Assembly (NCBI RefSeq): GCF_963921235.1
Contig: NC_086104.1
Location: 20,770,001-20,834,000, forward strand
Length of the DNA stretch: 64,000 nt
Source: Mobula hypostoma
Taxonomy: Eukaryota
Direction of reading: 5' to 3'
A model generated the notes under the pieces. The model had not been told where the DNA came from. It did no database searches and worked only from the letters and a program-made list of their open reading frames with translations. Both the position numbers and the translations under genes were made by a program. Below, piece after piece: positions 1 through 12,000 of the stretch; within the stretch, counting starts at the first letter, position 1, and each line of letters starts with the position of its first letter.

Positions 1-360
1 CAGTAAAGCATCTTGTGAAATGTATAAAACATGTCTGCATCAGTGTTATCTTGTATTTCCATACAACGTTACACATCTATTGTTAGATATTGTTGTTGTG
101 GTGTTGGAGGTTGCGTTCAAGAAAACAAATGCCACGCTGCCACCACCATTAGTTCTGGCACGTCATGACAGCATTTTTAAAATTAGCCAGTTACCCCGTA
201 CACACCACAACGGCCAACTGGTGTTTTCAGATTTAAACACTGTGTTTTAGAAAAGCTCTGTTTTCGGGGGAAGAAAACACCATTTCAGTGTGGACGGAGG
301 GCCAAAATGAAGAGAAAAAGCTTCGGTTACAGATTTATCCAGTCTAGTGTGGACGTAGCC
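1..360. mobile_element. Terminal part of a PIF/Harbinger-like non-autonomous DNA transposon
   Basis: Ends ...ctagtgtggacgtagcc followed by TTA (reverse complement GGCTACGTCCACACTAG, a Harbinger-type TIR with TWA target). The other end is not identified in the window. Confidence 0.55.
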
Positions 361-361
361 T

Positions 362-736
362 TAGTCCAGCGGTCATGGAGCGTACGGATCTTGGACCTCC
401 AGAAAGTGTCCACAGCAGGGGTAATTGATAAGTTCATGGCCTAAGGCAGAAGGAGATGAGTTAAACAGCCTTCGTTACATGCACATGCATGTCCACTCTT
501 TGAGTAGTGATTATTCAGAAAGTTTGAAGTTAATAACTCATCTCCTTCTACCTTGGGCCACAAACTTATCAATCACTCCTGCTGTGGGCATTTTCTGAAG
601 GTCCAAGATCCATATGCTCAACGACAACGGGACTAGGTATGTAAATGTAGGAGGGAACTATGTTGAAAAATAATTGTGCTGGGTTTTCTAAAATTGACTC
701 TTTCTACCTTAGGCCATGAACTTATCAATCACTCCT
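362..736. repeat. Long imperfect inverted repeat (about 100-bp arms, 362-463 / 534-635) plus a third partial copy (696-736); MITE-like
   Basis: gtccagcggtc...ggagatgagtta is the reverse complement of taactcatctcc...acgggacta. Confidence 0.75.
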
Positions 737-926
737 CATATATTCCAGTCATTGACTCATAAACTAGCTGTAGTTTCACAGGCTACAAAAACATAACTGA
801 GAAAATCAAGCTTTTTGGCAAGAAATTAAACTCTGCAGTTGAAAGACAACCATAATGGAAGAACACATACTAAATATAGAAATTTGTACCTATTACATCT
901 TATTTCTAGACAGCTTGGGAACACTT

Positions 927-1731
927 AGCAACACAGACAAAATGCTGGAAGAACTCAGCAGGCCAGCCAGCAATTATGGAATAGAGTACAGTCGACATTT
1001 CAGGCCGAGACCCTTCATCAGGACTGGAGAAAAAAAAAATGGAAAAGATGACGAGTCAGGGTAAGAAGGTCGGGGGGAGGAGAGGAGGAAGAAACACAAG
1101 GTGATAGGTGAAACCAGAAGGGCAGCAGGAGTGAAGTAAAGGGCTGAGGAAGTTGACTGGTGAAAGAGATACAGGGCTGGAGAAGGGTGAACCTGATGGA
1201 AGAGAACAGAAGGCCACAGAATAAAGAAAGAGAAAAGAGCACCAGAGGGAGGTGATGGGCAGGTAAGGAGAGAAGGGCAAATGGGAATGATGGAAATGGT
1301 GAAGGAGGGCGGGGGGAGCATTACCGGAAGTTTGAGAAATCGATGTTCATGCCATCAGGTTGGAGGCTACTCAGACGAAATACAAGGTGTTGCTCCTCCA
1401 ACCAGAGGGTAGTCTCATCGCGACAGTACAGGAGGCCGTGGACTGACATGTTGGAATGGGAAGTGGAATTAAGATGAGTGGCCACTGTGAGAAGCCACTT
1501 TTTCTGGCAGACATAGTGTAGCGAAGCGGTATCTCAGTCTACGTCGAGTCTCACCGATATACAGGGGGCCACACCAGTAGCACTGGATACAGTAACAGAC
1601 TCACAGGTGAAGTGTCGCCTCACCTGGAAGGACTGTTTGGGGCCCTGAATGGTGGTGAGGGAAGAGATGTAGGGGCAGGTGCAGCACTTGTTCTGCTTTC
1701 CAGGATAAGTGCCAGGAGGGAGATCAGTGGG
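927..1731 (-). mobile_element. Penelope-like element 3' fragment (GIY-YIG endonuclease end + pseudo-LTR)
   Basis: Reverse-complement match to 55150-55975; hammerhead-like motif at 989-1026. Confidence 0.85.
989..1026 (-). ncRNA. Minimal type-I hammerhead ribozyme motif, one substitution (GAAAT instead of GAAAC)
   Basis: Minus strand reads CAGTC-CTGATGA-AGGGTCTCGGCCT-GAAAT-GTC-GACTG. Confidence 0.6.
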
Positions 1732-1984
1732 AAACCTTAGCCATTCAAAGTAAACAATACATTGCTAAATTCACTAACCATCAATTACTCATGCACAGTT
1801 GAAAAGTTATATGCAATATTTTTGTAAATTGTTACATGAAAAATAAATACATTTTATAACTTGCTTATGCCATCATTATGAGCTTCACAACTCTAAAAGA
1901 CACACTATTTATGGCTGATAACGACCCATCACATTCTGACATGCTTCTTTCCAATAACTCTGCTCACATAGTCATGGTCCTCCA

Positions 1985-2300
1985 AAAGGACTATGCTTCA
2001 ATGACCTGGAGAGCTATGCTGGCTGGAGTCAGGGCCTTGTGCCTTGGCTCTTGTTAGGATCACCCATGCCAAACAGGTCAAAGGGTCGAGGCCAGACCAA
2101 GAATGGTCCACCCATCCTCCAGGTTTGGGGGTTCAGCTCAGAGGAACCCTGACTGGTAAAACAAACCTGTTACAGAAACAGCAATGAAGAATCCTTCTAT
2201 ATCTGTGTATGACAGTACAGTACAGATGGCCAAGGATAGACAGAGAAAGAGAACCTTCATTGTTACCCAAACACCAGCAGCACAACAGGCAGTAACTAAA
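1985..2300 (+). mobile_element. Short non-autonomous element resembling RTE-clade LINE 5' UTR
   Basis: ...catcctccaggtttgggggttcagctcagaggaaccctgactggtaaaac resembles RTE 5'-UTR motifs as I recall them; boundaries approximate. Confidence 0.4.
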
Positions 2301-2742
2301 TAGTCATGGTGGCAATGCAGCCGTCACCAAATAGCTGATTGGTTTCTCCCTCTCTAATCTTTTGTCCTAATCATAAAATCCCTTTTCTACCAGTTCTCTT
2401 AACCATAATCTCTTCCCTGTCTACCTCGCCCATCCAGCCAAGACAGTACTTTTTTTTGACATATTTCACCTTTTCAACTGCTCAAATCGCTGATCTGAAA
2501 AACTAATCTTCCTTGGCAAATTCAGCTGCAGTATCAACCCTCCTTACTGTTACTTTAAATTTCTCCAAGCCCCTAAACTCATTCCTTCCACAAGAATATT
2601 CCTGCCCTCCTTCACTGCTCCTCAGCTCATTTCCTCGCATCCTTTTGGTCCCGGAGAATCCATTCTCTGAAGCTAGTCTGAACACAAGCTAATCTCCTGC
2701 ACTTTGGCTCAGATATTGAAAACAAGTCTACCAGAACCTTAC

Positions 2743-3022
2743 CTGGTTTTGGAAACTTGATCTTCAGAAGGAAGGAATGGGTTATTCACAGTTGCTGATG
2801 AAGTGCTGCCAAAGGCTGTAAGACCCAGCAGTTTGATCTGTGACAGGCCCAGCGTGCTGGCATCCCGGGGACGGTGCAGCCGCAGGCAGACAGCTGATGC
2901 GACCTCTGCTTTGACCAGCTGTATTTTAATGTAAGTTAGCCCACTGGTAATGACTGGGGTAGAAAGGGGCAACATGTTCACTCCATCTGCACTAATCTCA
3001 ACTGAAACTGAAGAAGGACATG
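2743..3022 (-). CDS. BIRC6: BIRC6 exon ([22 protein letters not shown]...SEDQVSKT)
   Basis: ORF 2739..2981; tgcag / gtaagg, 280 nt. Confidence 0.95.
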
Positions 3023-6000
3023 CTGCAGAAGAGAAATCAGAATAAATATTACTCTTAAACAGCTGGTGAGCTGCATATTCTCAAAGGTATTACCCGATTT
3101 TAGTTATTGTTGATCAAACACATTTCCAGTTAGATTACAAGCTTGATAATGACTTAAATTGCTAAATATTTGGTCCAGAAAGTACATTAGTGGCTTTCCA
3201 AATAGTGTTATTAATCGGCAACAATCACCACTGCAATGTAAAAAAAAAACTACCTTTAAGCTACTTTCTATTGACAACTTGTTTTGAGCCATCGCTATAG
3301 ACAATTTCTTCAGGACTGATTGGGCAATAATTTTACAGTAACACTGTGACAACTTCTTAAAAATCATGTGTTTTATGGTTTAGCATCACTGCTTATTATC
3401 ATTAGGAGCTTTCTTCTGAACTCCATGTGCAGATATCCCATAGCCACAAAAGCCTTGGTTTCCAGCAAGAAAAATGGTGCCCCGCCACCTTGCCTAATCA
3501 CCGACAAAACCTCAGACGGTAAGCAGCAAAATATTTATCTGAATTATCACAAGAACCCAACAATAGTTATACGTACTAGCGAGAGATGCAAGGTGAGGCT
3601 GAATGTGTATCTCTTTGAGTAACACAGCAGCAGGCAGATGAATAGTGAGGTCACACCATGCTTCTTCTGGTAAGAAAATATAAGACCATGCTGCAGATCT
3701 AGCTCTCCGATGCGGTGGCGTGGCCTGAAGCAGTACCTCAGCTGGCTGTGCTGTTGGGCTACTGGAAGTTATTGTACCTATATTAAAAAAAATGAAAGGA
3801 TTTCACTAAATTGATTTCACACATCACACCATGCTCCACTTGAAATCTGTGGAAGTTGTAGCAAGACAAGGGTTAACAATGCCCAGGCAAGGATAAATTG
3901 GAGATAGAGTGCAGACAGTTGAGGCAAGAAAGGTTTTTTTCTGAAGACCTTAGCTTCCCTTTGCACAACAGGAGCCATTTTGGCTGACAGAAACCAGACA
4001 AGAATGTAACGGAATGATTCAAGGAACACAAACCAATTAAGCAAAAACTACTTTATTAACTTCTAAGCATCGTCGGCTGTGAGCTTGCAGTTTCTATTGA
4101 TTTAACACCTGTATTGTAAATGGCAATTGATTTTGCAAATAAGAAATTTAAACATTTACAGTTTATCAAATGATCAATATCCATAACTGCTCATCAATTT
4201 TGTATAAAATGGCATTTCTCTGTTCAGAGTTCAGAACAGTGTGGTGACACAGGAGACTTGTGCACAGGTAAATAAAGCATGATGGAGGAATGAGAGAGAG
4301 TTTTCAGAGCCCAGTTAATTGGCAACGACAACACTGCACGAAACACTAGCAACAATACTGGAAACCTTTTTTGGTACATAACTTTTCTTAGTCCAAAGTT
4401 ATACAAGAAACAAATTTTGCACAGTGAAATCCAAGTGAGTCATTACATACCCAATGGGGCAAAGTTATGAAGTCCCTCAGCATTATCAGGCTCTGAAGCC
4501 AACACTCTTGCCTTCATGTTTCCATCGACCGTTTTACCAGGGCCACAATCGAGAAACTTCATTATGGTGGATACCATGCTCCGCGCTGTATTAACAATTG
4601 CTCGTGTGCTTGTGACCATGTTATTACAGATAAGCTGGACTCCCCCTAAAAGTATACACAAAATAGGTTTAAATATCTTAAAGACAGAATTGCATTCACC
4701 AAGTTAATTTGAACTACTTGGATCAAAAAGCCAAAATAGATCAAAGTGTATTTTTAGTCGGGCCTTAGGTCAAAGGAATAAACCTTCAACACAAATTACA
4801 TGGGGAGGGAAAAGAGGGGTAAATTCAACACTAGCTACTCTAAGTTACAAGCAAATGTGGTGGTTGAGCATAAAAAGTTTTATTGACCTCTTCAGTATCA
4901 GCATGGCTGCTCCTACTCCGAGAAATAGTGCAAACTGACAAATATTTATTAAGTACAGAGAACCAAATAGGAATGAGCAAGAAACCTTGCATGTAACTGC
5001 TGAAGTCTACTGGAGGCAGAAGAGACTGCAGATGCTAGAATCTGGAACAATGTGCTAGAGAAACTCAGCAAATTATATAGCATCCGTAGGAGGAAAGAAA
5101 TTGCCATTGTTTCAACAATTTCTTTCAACCTCAAACATAGACAAATCCTTTCCTCCAGCAGATGCTGCATGACTCAGAGCTCCTCCAGCATATTGTTTGC
5201 GGTTACTGAAATCTATTGTCTTCCATTATCAGGATTATGCTGGCATAATTCACCTACCCATGTCATGAAAAGCTTTCAGTGCTTCAGTGGAGTCCAAAAC
5301 TCTCAGAATAAACCATAAAAGTGGCTCAGACAATTGGCATGTTGAAAGTGAACCCTGAAAGAAATTACAGAAGTATTTATGAACATTAAAAAGAAAGCAT
5401 TAATTCATATTAGTAGCCAGCTGCATGGAATATCGGTATGCAGTATATACTAACTGCCACACTGCCATGGTGCCCCAAGTGGGGGGAGGTGAGAAGATTT
5501 ACTCATTTTCCAGCAACTACCATGAGAAAAATACTATTTAAAATTAAAATTTGTTTCTCGGCATTAAATAATTCCCCTTAGAATTTAGTAAATACATGAA
5601 CAAGTGAATTTTAAATACAGGGCATGTAACAAATGCCACCTTCATAAGTCACGTTTCCTAATATCAAAAGGAATTGGATGGGTTGCAGCACCACTGAATA
5701 AGAGCACGAACCAGCATAACATTTGATACAGTAACAAGGCATCTCTCAACAACTTGAGATGTTTCAATTACCTGTCTTCCCATGTACCCACAGGCCATGT
5801 ATGTGAGAATTGGCTGCAACATAACCTGTACCGAGGTGGATTTTTTGCTGAGTGTAGTCAGAATGCTGAAGAGACCATCACCAACTGAAATTGCATCCAA
5901 TCCACTGTGGAAATTCTCATGCTTAGTAAGATGTAATCCACTTGCACCTGATTGGGAAATAAAAACCACAATGAACACACAGGCTTCAAAAAAATGAATG

Positions 6001-9000
6001 CGCAGACAGGGTGCAAATATTAAAGCATTTTTAATATTTATTAAATTAATTTTGTGTAAACACACTATTAAGGTTTTAAGATGGCTAAAATATAAATATG
6101 CAAGTCAACTGATATCTAAAGTTTATAAGTGGAACAAAAGTAATAAAAGTTAGAAAGATAATCTCTAAAAATTGAAATCCTATTTCCATTTCCAAAGAGC
6201 TGTATATTTGGCTGAATTTATGTTAAAAACCTCTGGGTTTCAGAAGGAATTACACAGCAACATATAACAGAAAGATGTAACACCATAACAGGTGATTCAA
6301 TGCCTGTAATTATCTTCTTTAACATTAATTCTATGCACATTACCCATCTTCATGATCACTCATCCCATTTCAATTACCTTTTCTTAAATATTGGTATGCT
6401 CCCTCCTTCTGCTCACTTAGCAAAGAAACATGCTCGTGCAAAAATGAACATTTCCAGCTATCCTAACTTTCACAGATCTGGCCTTATAGCTTTCTTCCCT
6501 TATTCTAGATAAATTAACTACTGAGGATTTCCATATCCTGTGGAACATATATCCATATTATGTTTCAACTGCATTCTAAACACTCCACAATATTTGTTTT
6601 CATCACTTCCAACAACTTGTTTTGGTTACCCAAAATTAAAAATTTCCACTGTTTACGATAGATAACATCTTCATACTTGTGTACCCTTTATAAGTCTTAT
6701 CCTGGAAACATTGTGCTACAAAGTCTTCCCAGTTGTTGAGAGAGACCAAAACTGTTACACAGTATGACAATAAGAGTAGAAATGCTTAGTTCAGATTCAC
6801 TACATTCTACTTTGATGTTCCACAGAAAGATAGGCCAAAATTTATCACACCCATCTGAGCAGAAGCCTTCAGTTTACATTTCCAATTTTATTCTGCATTA
6901 CCAATATGCAAAACATTTAAAAAAAATACACCACACATAGGTAAACAACAAATACCGCTATTTTACCTTCCTCTTTACTTCATTTCAAATCGCAGTTTTG
7001 AGCACTTCTGCACCCAAAGCTGCCAGATCATTCACTAGTTTTCATTAAGTTAGACTAATTTAAAAGATTTCACATACATAACGTGCAAAACATGTAAGTA
7101 CCTACCTATTATCATCGCCATAGCATTGCTATTGCACTGACCCAAAGCCGAAAGAATCTGACTCATGATTTGTTGATTTCCCAGAACTAAATCAGCAATG
7201 CAGGTTGTAGTAGATTGTGTGAAAGTGCTTGCATTCCCATCTTTATTGCTGGAGACCTTTTCTTCATCAGACACACTATCCGAGACACTGCTGCCAACTG
7301 GCATTCTGGCACTATACTCTCGGTTACTTGACAGTGGCAACTGAACCAAAATGTTAAGCAGCTTCAGTAGATCAAACATGAGTTGATCCCTTGTTGTCTC
7401 CCCACAAACTGCCTTTGCGTCTCCTGGACGGATGATATTTGCAAACAATCCACCAAAACAAGCACGAGCACCAACTGAACTGTCAGAGCCACTTCGGGAT
7501 ATAACTTTGTCCGAGCAGGTAATATAATGATGCACCAGGAATGTTACTGATTCAATAACAGCAGAGATTGCACTGACAGAAACTGACTCAAAGTTTTGTT
7601 CCAGAGTAAATTCCAGGAGTTTTACTTGCGCATCCAATGGGCCTTGCCCTGTTTGGAATGGGCCCCTGAAGAGTTAAAAAAAAAACATGTACTTTTAATT
7701 GTGTAAAATTTAGCCTCATATTATTAACCAATGTTTTAAATAAGCAATCATATGTGATAGACATTCAACAATGGAACAAATCCAATTATTGAAATCAAGT
7801 CACAACTGTATAATATGCTTCCTCATGAATTTGTTTTCCCAACATGGCATCTGCAGCTTAAAATTTTGCTTCACTTTCAATTATAAATACTGAGCAGTCC
7901 TCAAGGGAACAACAGAGTAGTGACATTAAAGATACAATAGATCTATTGCACATTGTATTGTTGAAAGACGTACTTTATCATAAAGATGCAAGTTAGTTCT
8001 TTCATACCTTCACAGAGATAAGACAGTAGACAAAAAGATTCAAATTATTAAATATGTATCATTCAGCTTCCTCCTTCAAACTGCCTTCAATATTCCAAAC
8101 TACAGTTTGTATGATCAACACCCAGTCTAGCTGCTGAGTTTCACCATGTAATGAAGTTTATGACAGGTCCCTCTTGAACAAGGAAAGTGAGGTTACACTT
8201 AAGACAAGGAAAATGCTAACCCATGTTTACATTAAGAGTTAAGCCATAATTAGACCCTTTTCATTCTCATCTCAGAATGACTGTCTCATTGCAGTATGCT
8301 GTTGCTTCAACACCCCACTCCCATCAAAATCACAAAAAAAAAAGCCGAAAAATGCTTAACAGCCAGGAATGAAGCTCTACATCTATACAATATTAATTAA
8401 TTAATGGCTCCGTCTGTCTAAGTGGACCATGGATGCGCCCGCTCGGAGCGCACACCTGGGCAATGAATAGGATGATCCTGGGCTGCCCAGACAAGATCCC
8501 CCTCTCGGCCTTGTGGATATGGTCCAAAGGAATGCGAGGCAGTATATATGGTACAGTCGGCCCTCCTTATCCGCGACGGATTGGTTCCAGGACCCCTCGC
8601 GGATACCAAAAAACACAGATGCTCAAGTCCTTTATTCAACCTGTCTCAATGAGGTGGACCTTAGGACCCAGTGGAACCCCGGACCTTATTTAACCTGTCT
8701 CAGTGCAGTGGGCATTAGGACCCGGTGGCGGAGCTCTGAATCCGCACTGTTTCTATTCACGAAAATAATCACGATTTAAAATAAAATGGAAATAATAAAG
8801 CGATCAGAACGAGGTGAAACCCCACCTGTCATTGGAAAAGCGTTAGGCTACAGTCAGTCAACGATTGGAACAATTTTAAAGGATAAAATAAGAAAGGCCC
8901 TGCCCGATTAAAGCAACAATTATTACACAGCAACGCAGTGGTTTAATTATTGGGTTTTGGATCCTCCACATCAACCCAGCACGGATGGAGATCTGTCACC

Positions 9001-12000
9001 GGATCGAACTCGGGAACGACCTGTCACCGGATCGAACTCGGGAACGACCTGTCACTGGATCAAACTCGGGAACTTCCGTTCCTGAGCCTGGCGCTGAAAG
9101 ATGCGTTTCTTAAGTATTTTATATGCATAGAAAGGTAAAATATATACTAAGACAAACATTTGACTAACTGACGCTAAATAATACCGGATGTACCTGTTCC
9201 AACTTACTTAGTAAGAGAACTTCTGTCTTTTTTCTGANNNNNNNNNNNNNNNNNNNNNNNNNNNNNNNNNNNNNNNNNNNNNNNNNNNNNNNNNNNNNNN
9301 NNNNNNNNNNNNNNNNNNNNNNNNNNNNNNNNNNNNNNNNNNNNNNNNNNNNNNNNNNNNNNNNNNNNNNNNNNNNNNNNNNNNNNNNNNNNNNNNNCAA
9401 GTGCTGGAAGAGCACTTCCAGGTTTTCTCGATTCGCGGTTGGTTGAATTCGCACATGCGGAACTCGCGGATAAGGAGGCCAACTGTATCAATAATGGTCG
9501 AGGAAGCTGAATGATATTTATATTCAGTAATATGAATCTTCCAGTTTGCATTACTCAAAGCTACTCCACCACATTCATTGGGAATTATTTTAAGTCAATT
9601 GATAAATGCAAATTTGCTGCTTTCATTATAAATATGAATTCATTACATTCAAGCCTCAACTTGGTTGTAATACAAACTAGACTAATATGTAATGTAGTAT
9701 CACAGGAATACTGCATCGTCAAAGGAACAAGTCCCGATCCTGGCAGGCCATTCAGGTGGCATTCCTAGGCCATTATTTGAAGGGTTCCTGAAATTTCTAA
9801 AATTCATGGCAGATTTATCCTAGATGGTGTTTAAAACTAATACAGCAATATCCATGAGATTGTTACGATATAGAAAAAAAGCAACAAAGAAAAAAATCAG
9901 AGGCCAACAACTCATAAGAAGCATTAGTAGTAGTTACACTTATTGTATTGCGTTTTGGTTTGTACTCAAGTTGTGAAGATGTTACAATTGCATACTTGTT
10001 TCAACTACAATGGGAAAATATAATTAATTTTTAACAAAAATGGGCCCTTGCATCAAGTATTGAATTCATTTCATTACAACTCTTTGAAACTCTGACTTAC
10101 CTTTCAGTTGAAAGTATATGTATAAGCTTCAACAGGAATTCACTGAAAACTTGAGGGTTTGTTGAGGACAGGTGCACTTGGAGTCGAGTGAGAAATTCCT
10201 GCATGGCTTGAGTAGCTGTTGGTCCAACCTGAAATACAAAACAAATATAGGTCTGTTATCGGAATTTGTGATTTAAAATGAGTCTCATGTCTTTTTTGGA
10301 ACACTCATCTCCAAGAACACCAAAAATACTTCTATGCTCTGCAACTGTGACAACTATAGAATGAACACTGGACCTTTAACATACCAAATATCACGGTGAG
10401 CTGGAGTGCGGAGTGCAGACTGCAAAGTGCCTACATGGGGATTTAAATAAAAGCCATGGTGGGTAGATGACCTACAGTGGGCTGCCCAAAGTTTCTAAAC
10501 CTCTCCAACAAGATCAAGTGGACTTCAAAATATACCCAGGAATAATTTCCTTTCAAGACAAAATCAATCTTTTTTTTTTTTACTGAAAGCTACAGCAGTA
10601 CCATTTTGGTGATACCTCTTATTCCCAATGCCAAGAATTTACATTTGCTGAATACCAAAAGTAAAACTCACAAAAGATTGAGGGTCTTGCCTAGATTCTG
10701 GAATGGTTCCAGAGGACTTGAAAACTGCAAATGTCACTCCACTCTTCAAGAAGGGAGGGAGTCAGAAGAAAGGAAATTATAGGTCAGTTAGCCTGACTTT
10801 AATGATTGGAAAGATGTTGGAGTCCATTATTAAGGATAAGGCTTTGGGATATTTGGAGACACAATAAAATAGGCCGAAGTCAGGATTGTGTCCTTAAGGG
10901 CAAATCGTGCCTGACCTGACAAATCTGTTCGAATTGTTTGAAGAAATAACAGACAAGATAGACAAAGGAGAGTCAGTGGAAGTTGTTTACCGGATTTTCA
11001 GAATGTCTTTGACACTTGAGAATATACTCAAGGCTGCTGAACAAGGCAAGTACCTGCGGTATTGCAGGAAAGATACTAGCATGGATCGAAGACTGGCTGA
11101 CTGGCAAGAGGCAAGAGTGTGAATAAGGACCTTTACTGATTGGCTACTGGTGACTAGAGGTGCTCCACAGGCATTGGTGTTTGGAACAGCTTCTTTTCAC
11201 ATGTTATCTATCAATGATTTGGACGGTGGAATTGAAGGCTTTCAAGCCAAATTTGCAAACGATACAAAGATAGGTGAAGGAGCAGGTAGTGTTGAGGAAT
11301 TAGGAAGGCTGCAAAAGGACTTGAGGCATTGGAAGAATGGGCAGTGGCAGATGGAATATAATGTAGGGAAGTGGAAGGTCGAAGGAATAAAAGCGTAGAC
11401 TATTTTCTAAATGGGGAGAAAACTCAGAAATCAAAGGTACAAAGGGACTTGGGAGCCCTTGTGCAGGATTCCCTAAAGGTTATCTTGAAGGTTGACTCGG
11501 TGGCAAGGATGGCAAATGCAATGTTAGCATTCAATTGAGAAGACTAGCAAATAAAAATGAAGGATGTAATGCTGAGGCTTTATAAGGCATTGGTCAAACC
11601 ACAATTGGAATATCGTGAGCAATTGTGAGCCCCTTATCTAAAAGGTGTGCTTGCATTTGGAGAGGGTCCAAAGGAGGTTCACGAGAGTAATTACAGGAAT
11701 GAAAAGGCTAATGTTTGAGGAACATCTGATGTCTCTGGGCCTGTACTCAAAGTTTAGAAGAATAGTGGTGGGGGGGGGGGGCAGGGAGAGAGGAGAAATC
11801 TCATTGAAACCTAAGATAGAGTGGATATGGAGAGGCTGTTTTCTATACTGGGGGAGTCTAGAACAAGAGGGCACAGCCTCAGAACAGAGGGATGTCCATT
11901 TAGAAGAGACGAGGAGGATTTATTTTAGCCAGAGGGCAGTGAATCTGTGGAACTTGTTGCCACAGGGAGCTGTGGAGACCAATTCTTTGAGTACATTTAA

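Larger units (their letters stand above)
8554..9485 (+). mobile_element. Tigger/pogo-type non-autonomous DNA transposon
   Basis: TA-CAGTCGGCCCTCCTTATCCGCG ... CGCGGATAAGGAGGCCAACTG-TA TIRs; CENP-B-like HTH remnant [35 protein letters not shown] at about 8783-8890. Confidence 0.85.

Noticed and set aside
8993-9075. 28-bp direct repeats as a possible CRISPR array
   Set aside because: Head-to-tail with no spacers, inside a Tigger element in vertebrate DNA.
9164-9558. ORFs spanning the N run
   Set aside because: Created by translating through the assembly gap.
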